Shown: positions 14,624 through 27,083 of the stretch, one piece after another
Position numbering within the stretch: the stretch's first letter is position 1
Layout: each line of letters opens with the position of its first letter
IMG/VR virus record: IMGVR_UViG_3300028886_000055
Span: 32,001-96,000 of that record
Origin: a virus
Taxonomy: Duplodnaviria > Caudoviricetes
Direction: 5' to 3' (one strand)
DNA: 64,000 bases
Position numbers and translations under genes: made by a program
The notes under the pieces: model-generated
Database searches by the model: none
The model's input: the letters and a program-made list of their open reading frames with translations, nothing else
What the model was told of the DNA's origin: nothing

Positions 14624-15208
14624 TTATTTCTGGACTACATATTCAGGCTTTCTACCATCCTAACGGTCTAATTCCTAAAATATATATCTTCCAAGTGCTT
14701 TATAATCTTTATCGAGTTTAGAAGCTTCTGCTTTTTTAGCTTTCTTAATAAGAATTTTAGTTGAACGTCTACTAAAAATACGTTCACCTCCTTGAAGTTC
14801 CATTTGAACACTTCCATCTGGAGCTATGACCTGCATAGGTGGCTGTTTAGAATTAGATTTATCTTCTTCTTCAGAATCTTCAAATTCAAGTTCATCACCT
14901 TCTTCGATTCCAGAATTCTGATTAACTTCAAGTACGTATTTTACATTATCTTCTTCAACAATAGTCTTATCTTCTGGTTTACCCTAATAAATAGATATTA
15001 CTTCCTAATCTTCATCAATGAAAATAATATCCAAAGGTATAAGTGTATCTTTCATCCAAAAACCAACTGTCTAAGGTTTATCATAAACAAAAAGCATACC
15101 CTAATCATTTGGCAAATTTTTTATTCCTTGTAAACCTTCTTCTTTCTCAGCTTCAGTTTCGGCTAGTTCTACTTTATACTATTTTCCTCCAATTTCAATT
15201 ATTTCCAT
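14624..15208 (-). CDS. DUF192-like protein with an extra C-terminal domain (194 aa)
   Basis: VELAETEAEKEEGL...GMLFVYDKP[Q]TVGFWMKDTLIPLDIIF...YVLEVN signature. Confidence 0.8.
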
Positions 15209-16788
15209 TATTCTACTGATTCTATTAGATTAGTTCTATCATCTGTATTATGAAGTATCTCTTTTACTAAAAGTTTACCCGCTTCAATGGCATATTTATC
15301 TTCTTTATCTTCATGCCACTTTTTACGCAAATCTTCTATTTTATTAGTAACGTCAAGTGTAAATATAATTTCTGAATGTTCAATCTCAGCGTGTTGTATT
15401 ACTTCTCCACCTTCTTTAGTGATTACAGGAATTCCTTTAGTAGTAACATGAGTTAAATCGTCATTAACCTAATCTAGGTGGTTTAATCTAGCATGTAATG
15501 CTCCTTCAGGAATAACATTCATTTGTCCACCTTGTTTAAACTCTTCAACTTTCATACCCTCCTAACCTTTAGGAGTTAAATGCTCACGTTCACCTACCGT
15601 TTCCCATCTTTCAGAACTAACTGTTCCATCTTTATTCATAAATACAGTAGTACCGTTAGCTAATCTAATGGGCACTTTTCCTTGTATTTGTTCTTTAGTT
15701 AAATCAGTAGGAACTTCTACATATTTACCAGTAGCTACATCGATAGTTTGAATAGAACGTTTTAATTTATTACCTATTGCATATTTACTAACAACTCTAC
15801 GACTAAACTACATACCATGACGTGCGGCACGCATTTGTTGAATACCACCAGATAAGTCTATAGATTGTTGATTTGCAACAAACGGAGTAGAACCTTGAGC
15901 AGCAAGATTATTAATCGTGTTAGTATCAACAATACCACTAATTGTATGTTTCATATTTGATGTAAATTCAGTTAATTGATTTTGTTTATTTCTAGCACCA
16001 CTACTAAATAAACCATATTTCTTACCAGCACCAATTTGAGTAACATCTTGTGTAGTCAAGAATCCCTAGAATCCACCGTTTGTAGACTTATCGAGTTCAG
16101 CATTACGAGTATAAGTATTAGCTTTTTTACCTCCAAAGCCATTAATGAGTCCAAGAGGAGTTAAGTTAAGAAATGCTGAATTTAAGATAGCATCAGTTTT
16201 TGTTATACCATCAGTACCACCACCGATTTTACTAACAGCATTACCTACTAATTTACCAACACCCATTGCGCCACTAACTATATTACCTATTGGTCCAAAA
16301 TTAGCAGCCGCTTTTTGAATAGTATCGTAAGTGGTATCCATTCCTTTAGTAATACCACCATATTTACCATTTAAACCTCGTTTACCAATCATATCACCAA
16401 TAGCGGATGCAGTATCACCTATAACTCCACCGTATTGTCCTCCAAACTTACCTGCTTTGGAATTCATAAAACCTCCTGTAGCAGATTTCTAATCATTAAA
16501 TGCTTTAAATGCAGATTTTACATTCTTATTAGCCTACTATATATTATATTGAGATGTTATTTGTCCTGGGGTTGCTGCGTTTATAATGTCATTACCTTTT
16601 TCATCGACCCCTGTTTTTACAGCATGTTGTGAAGCTGTCATTGCTCCTACTGGTACACTTGGATTCGGATTAATTAATGTGTTTATATTAAAATTTAATC
16701 TCTAACCACCACTAGGAGCACCATTCATTGACATACCTAAACTTGATAAATCAATGTTATTTAAAGCGTTATTTAAACTATTAGGCAT
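15208..16788 (-). CDS. Gly-rich cargo protein (526 aa), crAss-like cargo type
   Basis: Track fragments 16066-16467 and 15808-16059 join via TAG. Gly-rich, membrane-active-looking segment; C-terminal NVIPEGALHAR...GIPV...AEIE. Confidence 0.7.
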
Positions 16789-16790
16789 AA

Positions 16791-19700
16791 TTAATTATAA
16801 CTTTCTTTATATTGAGTAATAATGGCAGAGATAATAGCTAACTAATCTCCAGTATATCTTACTCTAATTCGTACATATTTATCTCTTATTCTTGTCTATT
16901 TTAAACGTCCCCAATAATCAGTTTCTACATCTTGTGGGACTTCTATTTCACCTTTAGCTATCAAATCTTCCGGAATAGGATTCATAGCAACATTAATTGG
17001 AGGTTCGTTTATCCAAGTTTCATTCTTTTCAGCATAATTAATAGATGGTATTTGAATGTCCCAATTATCTTCTGCATATTTACAATTACCTAATCTACGT
17101 CCATATTCAATTTTCTTATAAAGAATTCCATTTTCTTCTTTGACTTGGACATTATGACTCATATAGTATTGCTTTAATCTCTTAGCATCAGGTTCATCCG
17201 TTCCACAAATAGCCTACCATTCATAACCATCTATAGGATAGGCTTTGATATGTGTTGCTACATCGAATTCATTTACAGAACTATCATAGACTATTTCAGA
17301 ACCACTCATCGATTGATAATCCTAAGATTTAGAAGTAAGTCGCTGATAAGTATCATAGATTTTATTTTTCTTATCTACATGAGATACTGTTAATGGAAAC
17401 ATTACAGATTTAGGACTTCTATTAGGATTTACTTTGTCTTTATAATTCTTATCATACGACAGATAAGTGTTCTAATAATTATTTGAATAAACTTGTTTAG
17501 TCTTCTCCTAACGATAATACATATTAGGTTTCTCATCTTTAAAATCATAAACCTGACCTACTACTTCATAATGGAATGATTCTGGCTATGTCTTATTAGC
17601 GATCATTTTAAGGTTATTGAAGATTTTATGTACATTAGGATTATCTGCAACTATAAACTCAAATTCAAACGGATGCTATTCATTATACCAATTGCACCAG
17701 TTGTTCTCTTTATTGTGTTCCCAAAGATAGTTGGCGTCAATAATTTTTTGAGTTTTTAAACCTCCTTGCTAAAGAGAATATTCGTTATCAAACGAATAAT
17801 AAATATTATTAATGTTACCAGAATAAGAAGGAATCCAAGAATAAAATGTTGTAAATTTCTTAGTTATTTCATTATAACATAAATTCCAACCAAGATAATC
17901 ATCATCTATTACTTTAAAGAAAGTAAACATAATGTCTTGTTTATGTTTATTATAATGTGATTTTACATTTAGACTAAGTACATTAGGTTTAGTTTCCTAT
18001 TCATTTACGTCAAGATTGTCTTTTAAGAATTTCTATAACTTAAGGTCAGACAGAACTTCAAACGAATCTCCATAATGCCAAATTTTTTTAGCTACTGTAT
18101 CAATACCATAAACTCCAGTAGCAGTTTGTATTACACTATCAGCCCACTATGAACCGTATTCAGTAGATAGGAACCTTGGTTTATCAGACAATACTTTATT
18201 AGTATCAATGTACGAAAATCCAGATTGTGAATTAGTAGCAACAGCACGTTCATTAACTTCAATTAAAGCAATAGCGTGTTCAAACACACAGATGAGATAA
18301 CCGTCATAATAGTTAACTAATTTGACAATTTCACCATACTATCTAGTATAATCCTAAAATGCAGTTTTTCTAAATGTTCTAAAGTTGTTTATATATGAAT
18401 CCTTAACTGCTAAATCAGAATAAACTATTCTATTTGAAAAATTAGTTTTTAACGCCGGCACTTCTTCCTAAAGGACATACATCTATTCTCCAAGCGACTT
18501 TTCATAAGCTCCATTTTGAACATAAGAATCAGGAATTTTATAGTTAGAAGACGTATTAAATTTTTCTAATGGATAAAAACTTCTACTCTTATTCATGGTA
18601 GCTCTTTCAGTTATATTTGACCCATCAGTACTACGCATACATAAATTAGTGGAAGATAAAACTTTTACTGTTATCCAATGTCCTAATTGTACAGTATTTA
18701 CATCGGCACGATTTAAAAACTATAAGGCGTTTGTATTCATAGCAGAATCGTGTTTATTAACAACATATAAGGATATGTCATCTATACCTTTTACAATAAT
18801 CTAACGTTGTTGCACATCTAACTGAAATCTTAAACCCTTGCCTAAAGTTTTAATATCTGCTATTTCATCGTCGATTGCAAACGAAGGATCTATAAAATTT
18901 CTATTCATACGATGTGTAAAATTACAAATATAACAATCCCCTGAGTATTCATTTGATAAAATGTCGTTTATAGAATATCGTTTACTAATCGGATAATATT
19001 CGCTAGAATCATTCTATCTTAATGTTAAAGCATTTTCTATTACATTTTCATAATTAGGAACAAGTATTTCTATAATTTTATAAACGTCTTGTTTATTAGT
19101 AACTACTAATTTATTATTTATGTACTGTTCTATACCAACATAAGGACCAAAAACTCCTCTAACTATTCCCGAAATGTTAACCTAATCTCCTGTTTTTGTT
19201 TCTTTTTCTTTAAAATTTATTCCATCAATTTCATTATCTTTTTCTTTTAGATCAAATCCTGTATAATAATGTGTAAACGGTAATTTAAATCTGAATGCTT
19301 CTGAAGGGTTACCTGCTTTAGAAGAATATATATTTTCTTTATTTTTTACGGCTTCTGTATTCTCAGGAACGGCTTGAACAAATGTTTTATCGTGTACTGT
19401 ATTATCTTTAAATTTTGTTATATTATTAGGATAAATGTGTAATAAATCATCTTCCTAACTATACTATTGTGTATAAACAGTACGATAATTTAATTCTCCT
19501 CCTGTAAAAATTGTATTATATTCTTGTTGCTTTACTTCATATTCGGGACATATAAACGCGTCTGCTGTAGGTTCTATAAATTTATCGTTTTCTAAAACTT
19601 TAGTATCCGTTTTCTTTTTTTCTATGTTTTCTCTCGCGTATTTTCTAAATAACCATGTTGCATTAAGTTTAGTCAAAGAGTCTTTTCCGATATGCTCCAT

Positions 19701-21560
19701 ATACAAACCATCACCACTCTAACCTAAATACTTAATATTGAATCTATAAATAGGCTTCGTATATTCAGTTATTCCTGTATTACGTAAGGTAAATCTATTA
19801 TCATTTCTATTTTCATAATACGGCTAAAGTATTGACTAAGTAAACCAATCTGTTATATTTTCATGCTAAGTGTTTGTGTTTTCTAAAGTTCCATACAATA
19901 ATGGTAATCTAGAGTATTCTTTATCATATCCTATTCTTACACCTTGAGCCAATATTGTTTTAATTCGTTTTTGTCTAACAAAGAAAAATCCAACTATACC
20001 TAAATTTTTAAGATCTTGTTTTATCTAATTTATGTTAAATTTAACAGATATAGGTTTATTAGTAGATAACACATCAAAATCTGGAACTTTATATATTCCA
20101 AATTTGTTTAACTAATTACCAACTTTTCCAGATATATTAAATACAGGAGTTAAAGTATAAGAGCTGGTTATAAACACTATTCCAAATCGATAAAATTCAT
20201 TAGGCCAATATCCTACACGATAATATATATTATTCGTATTATAGTATCCATTCTTAACGTCTTGGTTTTTCGTAGTATCATTATAGCGTCCATCCAAATT
20301 TCCTATAACATTTATAGATTCTTGCTCAAACACACAATCAATCTTCAGAGATAACTATTCTAAATTTTGATAATGCTAATCCTATTTAGATAAATTACCA
20401 TAGAACAATATATTCTAATTAATACTCTATGCTTTAGCTTTATCTATCGTTAGATAATTAGTATTTATAGTTGTGGAATCAACATCTGTAGTTGGTTCAA
20501 ATCCAGATATAATAAACGTAGAATAATGTTCTTTTTTCTATTCATCATAACTAACTTCAAAATATTTATTTATTTTTTCATAAGTTGTTAAAGCATTGCC
20601 ACTAGCATCTGATGAATTGCGAGAGTAGTAAACATAAACTCTACTAAATTGTCTTGGAATATTAGATAAAGTAAAACCAACTTGTTTATAACTATTTTCA
20701 TTTTCTAGACCTCCATCAATACTGAAAGGATCATTTAAATTACCTTTGTGACAAGTTACCATACTTGACTATCCAACAAAATCAGACTCATTATCATCTG
20801 CATCAGCAAGAGTAAAGTAAAAAGTATATGTTCCTACTTTAAGATTACCACTAGTCTAAACTCCATCAAATTTAATGTCAACGATGTTATTTACTATCTT
20901 ATGTAAAGATGTAGAGTATTCAAAATCTTCTTCAAAATAAATATTTGTATCATTATCTCCAGACCTATCTACTAATTCGTATTCATTATCTCCATATAAT
21001 GAAAATCTAGTATTTATAAGTCTAGGCATATTTTTATTATCTGTAAATATAAGATTTATTGACCCATCATAAGATTTCTAACAATCTATAGTTAATGGAT
21101 GTTCTATATCAAAGTTGAGAGATTTAGTATTAAACTAGGAGTTTACAAGAGTTGTTATTTTCTATTCTTCAGATAGGTTTTTAAACTCATTTGCTGTTAT
21201 GTCAGATAAATAATTGTGTAAAGGCTCGTATCGGTATATCAGTTTACCTCTTTTGTTAGAATAATCTGGAGAGGGAAATGTTCCGATTTCACAATAGTTG
21301 GTTTTCGGATCAACCGAAAATATATAAAGTATACCTCCAAACTCTTTGAGTCCGATAGGTACAAATCCATCTTTTAACTAAACATATGTATCTTTTTCAA
21401 TTGGAATTTTAGAATTACCTACATCATTTTGCAGGATTAGTTCATTTCCATTATATGTAATTAGAGTGCCATTTAAACAGTTAGTTAATACATTATTAGG
21501 AGTAGCTAGAGGATGTGCGTCCATTACTAAACCGTCTTGAAACGTATTAGTTGCGTTCAT
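16791..21560 (-). CDS. Tail muzzle/stabilization protein (1589 aa)
   Basis: N-terminus MNATNTFQDGLVMDAHPL...LTNCLNG. Five track fragments are in one frame via TAG; crAss-like synteny. Confidence 0.8.
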
Positions 21561-22114
21561 ATTATATCATAATTTTTACTATCTATCATAAGATCTTTTA
21601 ATGTCATTGCTTTTTCTCTTGAATATACCAACTATACATTTTTAATAGTAGCTTGCTCTCTATAATACTAATATCCTAAATCTGTAATTGCTTTAAATCT
21701 GACAAAATGCTTCATACCGTCATAAAATACTTTTGCGGCATCTAAACATTTAAACATTGTTACTTTGTTAACTTTAATGTTTTTAATAGGGTTGACTTTT
21801 GTTAATTTCTCATAATATTTATCTGGAACAGCTAAATGGTAGTATCCATCCCAGTTATGTTTCTGTTCAAAAATATATCTGATTTTCATAAGTAACTTAC
21901 GTTTATAATAATGGTAATGTTTAATACCATCATAAGTTAATTCACCTACATAAAACCATAAATCTTTGTTCTATATTTGAACGTCTAACCCTCGCCTTAC
22001 TAATCTGAACATAAGACGAAATCCAAAGTTTACAATTTTTTTAATATCGGATTTTAAAACATTAGGATATTTCTCTTGCAGCTAATCTATATAATCATCA
22101 ACATATTTAATCAT
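21557..22114 (-). CDS. Basic hypothetical protein, possibly IHF/HU-like (185 aa)
   Basis: MIKYVDDYID[Q]LQEKYP...; includes track ORF 21668-21889; coupled start/stop overlaps at both ends. Confidence 0.6.
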
Positions 22115-22554
22115 CAGTAATAAGATTTACCATTATTTGCATTTTCAGCTATCTTCATTTTTCTTTTAGTATCAAGATGGATAGGTTTTTCTACAGTATA
22201 ACCAGCTTTTTGATATTTAAATATAGGTAAATATCCTGTAAAATTAGTAGATAAATAATCTATTTCTTTCCAAAGTCCACGTTTTCTACGTTTTAAGAAT
22301 TCTTCATCCGAATATCCTTTAATATAAATTTCTGCAGTTACGCCTTTAGCTAATCTAAAATCAAACGTATTACTATTATCTATAATATCGTCTATTATTA
22401 ACTATAATGCATCTGCAAAAATCATATTAGCAAGATATTCTTTATGTTCTGATTTTACAAGTTCTTTAACGTATTTACGTTCTGTCTTGATACGTCTATT
22501 GTTAAACGGAAGAAATAACTAAGGTCCATTTATAGCATGTCCAAGAGCATACAT
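22114..22554 (-). CDS. Putative IHF-like DNA-binding protein (146 aa)
   Basis: MYALGHAINGP[Q]LFLP...IIDDIIDSNTFDF; open with TAG=Gln; typical position next to the muzzle gene. Confidence 0.55.
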
Positions 22555-22555
22555 A

Positions 22556-23248
22556 TTAATTAATTGGTTTAAATGACTTTCCGTATATCTTTCTATTAAA
22601 TGTAACTTTTGCATCAAGAATCTTATCCATATCATTCTGATTAATGTATTCAGAAACTCTTGCTGCATCACATAATTGCAACCATCTTTGATTTAAGAGT
22701 TGTGCTTCCTAGATAATTGCCTGATTATGAGTTCTCATACCTTCTTTAAATTTCTAAATATAAGCGATAAAACAAGCTATCGCATCTTTCTATTTCTCAT
22801 TTACATAAGGTAGTCCTTCATCATCAACTTCTTGTCCTTTATATAAGATTTGAATCGGACCATATTCTTTATCAAAGAAAAGTTGATCTCCAACTCTCTC
22901 ATATTTTACATATTTACCTCGTTGGTATAGAGGGTCTTGAAACTCTTTTAATGATTCAATATATGATTCTGTAAACTGTGAGTGAAAATCTCCATTAGGC
23001 GTATCGTTAGTTACTCTATTCCAATCTTCATAGAAATAATTAACCGATTCAATTACATCACAATTACAGGGTAAAGTTACTTGTTTGTTTGCACAATCTA
23101 CGTCTACAACAAATCTATATAATCTTGTATTATGTAAACCTATCTTATTCCAAGCGATTAAAGCAATTTCAATAAGACTATCTGAGTCTGTAAGATCTAC
23201 ATCATACATAAGGTTGGCCTACCACAAAGCTGCTTTAATACTATCCAT
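22556..23248 (-). CDS. Tail ring/tubular protein (230 aa)
   Basis: MDSIKAALW[Q]ANLMYDVD... extends track ORF 22790-23209; contains LPCNCDVIE and YKGQEVDDEGLPYV. Confidence 0.7.
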
Positions 23249-23934
23249 TATTTAGGTACTTGATTATTAGGTTGCTAAGGTTGTAATAACTATTTATAAT
23301 AATAAATCTTCTTTTTAGTTATTCTTTCCTTAATTTCTGCATCTAAGAAAGACATATTGTTCATATCTGCATCACATTCGCATCCAAATTTACTAAGTTG
23401 ACGTTCATCTTTAAATACACCAATTACTGTAACACGTTTGACAAAAGGCGCATTAAATACCCAACAATCACACATTCCGTTTTCATTTGGTGATACGTTT
23501 ATATACACATAAGGTTTATCATTTCCCCATTTCCTATAACGTCTATAACGTAGATTATTAGCTTTTGTATAAACAACAAACGGATTCTAGAGGTCTGGAG
23601 AACCTATGTATTCAATACCTACATCTCCAAAATCAGTTAACAATATCGGTATTTCGAAATGCATTGTAGGAGTTCCTCCCCATAAAGAGTTGTTTTCCTA
23701 ACATTTAGAACAGTTCTCAATATCTTTACAATCTATAGGTATACAAGATATTGTTCGCATTAAATCCTACTTAGGAATAATCCCTTTTAATGTATACTAC
23801 TTAATTACTGCAAGTCTTTCTTCTGCTATTTCGTCTTCTAACTATTCTAAAGATAAAGTTAGAGTTGAAGAATAACCTCTTAAACCTCCAACTATATCGT
23901 TATAAATAGCTGATGCTAATTTACTATATGCCAT
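23248..23934 (-). CDS. Tail ring protein (228 aa)
   Basis: MAYSKLASAIYNDIVGG...; includes track ORF 23290-23508; TAATG overlap with the next gene. Confidence 0.7.
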
Positions 23935-23938
23935 AATA

Positions 23939-23966
23939 AAAAAGGTGGTGGAATCCCACCACCTTT
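23939..23966 (-). terminator. Intrinsic terminator
   Basis: aaaggtggtgg-aatc-ccaccaccttt with flanking A/T runs. Confidence 0.75.
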
Positions 23967-23976
23967 AGCTTTTTAA

Positions 23977-25110
23977 TCAAGGATTAGTTTCTTCATTATC
24001 TGTGGAACTATCAGTAGCTGGTTTATTTACTGTACTAGCTTTTCTGGTTTCATCATGTTCAAACTTTTCAATTGTAGCTGGATCATGAGTAGGATCATCA
24101 TTAAGAATGTCACCCTATGTACCGCCTTCACCAGAACGAACACCTGTAACAGTAATAAGTTTTTTATTCCAACCGATGTTTTCAATTGCATGTAACAAAG
24201 CATCGTCAAGACCTGCACCGCAACCACAAGCGGGAACAAAGAAAACATGAGTAGTCTTTGAATGAGTTACCTCACCAACAGCCGAACCACCAAGAACACC
24301 ACGGCAAGAAATCTAATGAATAGTATATTGAGTATACTTGTTGCCAGGAATAGGCATTTCGCTTTCGTTGAGAGATTTCCAGCGGAAGTTCTCCATAGTA
24401 GGAAGACGAAGATCCTTAAGTAACTCTTCATAAGTACCAAAGCCATTTACACCCTGATAAGCATGGATAAACTCTTTCTCAGATTTCCAAACAGGTTGCT
24501 TAGAAGTATCACAGGTATTTTCACCCTCATAACAATCGAATTCCGTAAGTTCATCAACTGTTACCCAACCACCTTCATGATAGGTGCAGCAATCAGAAAT
24601 TTCAGGAACATAAACCTTCAATTGTGCTTCTGTAAACCAACCATAGTTATCGTTTTCAAAGATTAAGTTATTGCCGTCATAAGAAACTTTTAGATAAACA
24701 TCACCATAAAGACGAATAATCTTATTGATCATCTTAGAAATCTTTTCAGCGGTATTCTATTTGTTTGTCCACTCATAATGGAAATCTTTACCTTTAAAGA
24801 CAAAATCATTACTATAGAAAGAATTGTTGTCACCAGAACGTTTTAGATAGAAGTCTAATTTGAATCGCTTAGCATTCTTAATATCATCATCTGCAGCAAC
24901 AGCGGCGTTAAAACCAGCAATGTTAATCTTAAGCTTTGCGTTCATAGGAGCAATATAAGGATTACGATAAATAGCAACAACATCCTCATATTTAAACAAT
25001 TTATTCTCTAGTCTAAGCATATCTTTGCTAGAGTTATCGCCGTTTCCAACAGGATTAATTTCAATCATGTCGGCATCATGAATGAACGTAGTAGTTGTGA
25101 AATCAAACAT
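23977..25110 (-). CDS. Structural protein, probable auxiliary capsid protein (377 aa)
   Basis: Track ORFs 24757-25110 and 24313-24732 join via TAG and continue to TGA 23977; codon bias resembles the MCP. Confidence 0.65.
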
Positions 25111-25135
25111 AATTATTAAATTTTTTTAAAGTTTA

Positions 25136-26122
25136 TTACTATTGCTGGGCTGGTGGTGCAATAGTCTAATTGACCGCCATATTGGTCTATAATCTTGGAT
25201 CGCTTGCGTTCTCCATAACAAGTTTTACCAACCCATTTAATATCTCTTGACAGACATAATCAGGAAACTCTAGTACCTAAGATGTATCAATGGTGCTGTC
25301 AAGTTGTTCTTGTGTAAGTCTTATATATTGTGGAGTTTTTAAATAGTCAACTCGCACTAAAACTGGTTCAAATACAGAATCGTCCTTTCCATAACGTATC
25401 TCCATTCTAACTGCAGATTTATTACCATAACGATGTCCAGGAAGTCGTTCAATTTGATCATCTTTTGTAGAATCATATGGAACTTTATTACTTTCATATA
25501 ATTTTCTAGAAAGCCCGGAAAGATTAAGTTTAATCAATCCGTTTTCTTCCTTAACTGCAGATATTACAGGATCTGTTCCAGTTCCTAATGGAGATTGTTC
25601 ATCAGTATGATACTCATTAGTTGGAAGCTCATAGGTACCATCTTCTGTCATTGTATTCACATTATGAATAAAGAAATATGGTCTTTTATAAGAAGGCCTC
25701 ATATAAACATTATTTACAATTTGAGACCACATATCTGACGTTAATCTAGAAGCTCCAAATTCTACAGTACTTCCATTATCATAACAATCGTATTTCTTTT
25801 TCACTTTAAATACAACTAAACAGTTTAGAATGTGATAATAGTCGGGAGGTAATTCTACTTCCCATATATTTTCGTAATTTGAACCATAACCACCGTAAAC
25901 CTTTGTGTCTACTCGTCTTGGCTTTAAAGGTTGAGTTGCTTTTAAAACTCTTAAGTTATCCGATGTCTATTGACTTGAATCGTAGACATTATAACTCATA
26001 TTAATATATTGACTAATTGCCTTATTTATAAAGTGATTATAATCTTCAAGGAGTAGACTAGGAGCCTGAACTTTATTTAACTCTGTCAATGCTCCTAGTA
26101 ATAATTTACGAGCAGTAGTCAT
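25136..26122 (-). CDS. Head-tail connector/ring protein (328 aa)
   Basis: MTTARKLLLGALTELNKVQAPSLLLEDYNHFINKA...ELPPDYYH...EFPDYVCQEI. Confidence 0.7.
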
Positions 26123-26127
26123 ATATT

Positions 26128-26979
26128 TTATTCTTTATTTTTAGTCTTTTTATTACTATCTTCTTTAGCTGCTTCGAGTTCAGGATAAGTATCTCTCTTA
26201 ATGAGTTCGAGTATCTTCTTATTTTTAGGATCTTTTAGATAAGCTAGAACTGCATCTTCAGTAATTCCAAGAACTATATCATCTGCATAAACGTAAACCT
26301 TGTTTTTGATATTAATAACGTGCTTTTCTCGGGCTTCAATAATAAGCAAACGGATACCAGTATCTGAACCAGCGTATACATCAATAATTCTTTGAGGATC
26401 ACGTTGTGCAATATCTAGTAAGTATTCAGTAACTTCAGAATCTGGTGCAGCTTTCATATCTTTACCAAGTAAACGTGCATGGAATACACGTCCCATAGCA
26501 CCTTTTTCATCATCAAAGATATAAGCTTCTGCTTTATGACGAAGTTGACGAGTACTAATACGTTTAACACTTTCAAGCTCAGGAGCCTCAACGTATAGTT
26601 CAGCCAAACCATAACGTGCGTTCATCTTACCACGTGCATCTTCACCGTCAATAAGAAGATTACCTTTTGAATCTCGGGCATCTCTAGATAGGGCAATGAT
26701 TGATGAATGTTTAATACATTCCCATTCTGCTTTTTCCCAGGGATCTTCTAGGTTTAATGTTGTTCCATCTTTTACCTCAAATACTTGAGTTTCTGGAATT
26801 AAAACTTCTCCAGAATTTCTGTCTTTATCAGACAAAATCATATCACCCATACTATTTACCCTGCGAACACAGTCTGGGTATCGTCCTGTGATAGGGTCTT
26901 TTGCTACACCAAGAATATATTTATCTATAACCTTGCCATAGACACTTCTCAAAACAATAATATTTTTATCCATAATCAT
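26128..26979 (-). CDS. Conserved crAss-like capsid-module protein downstream of MCP (283 aa)
   Basis: Intact TAG-free ORF in the track; synteny. Confidence 0.75.
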   Translation of the reverse strand: MIMDKNIIVLRSVYGKVIDKYILGVAKDPITGRYPDCVRRVNSMGDMILSDKDRNSGEVLIPETQVFEVKDGTTLNLEDPWEKAEWECIKHSSIIALSRDARDSKGNLLIDGEDARGKMNARYGLAELYVEAPELESVKRISTRQLRHKAEAYIFDDEKGAMGRVFHARLLGKDMKAAPDSEVTEYLLDIAQRDPQRIIDVYAGSDTGIRLLIIEAREKHVINIKNKVYVYADDIVLGITEDAVLAYLKDPKNKKILELIKRDTYPELEAAKEDSNKKTKNKE

Positions 26980-26998
26980 TAATCCATATTAAAATATT

Positions 26999-27024
26999 TA
27001 GTAGGGAGAATTAACTCCCTACTA
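26999..27024 (-). terminator. Hairpin terminator after the spliced MCP stop
   Basis: tagtagggag-aattaa-ctccctacta, ~60 nt after the TAA at 27084. Confidence 0.7.
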
Positions 27025-27083
27025 AATTTAAAGTTAAATACCGTATATACTTAAATGTACATACTTAAACTAAGCGTGTAGTA

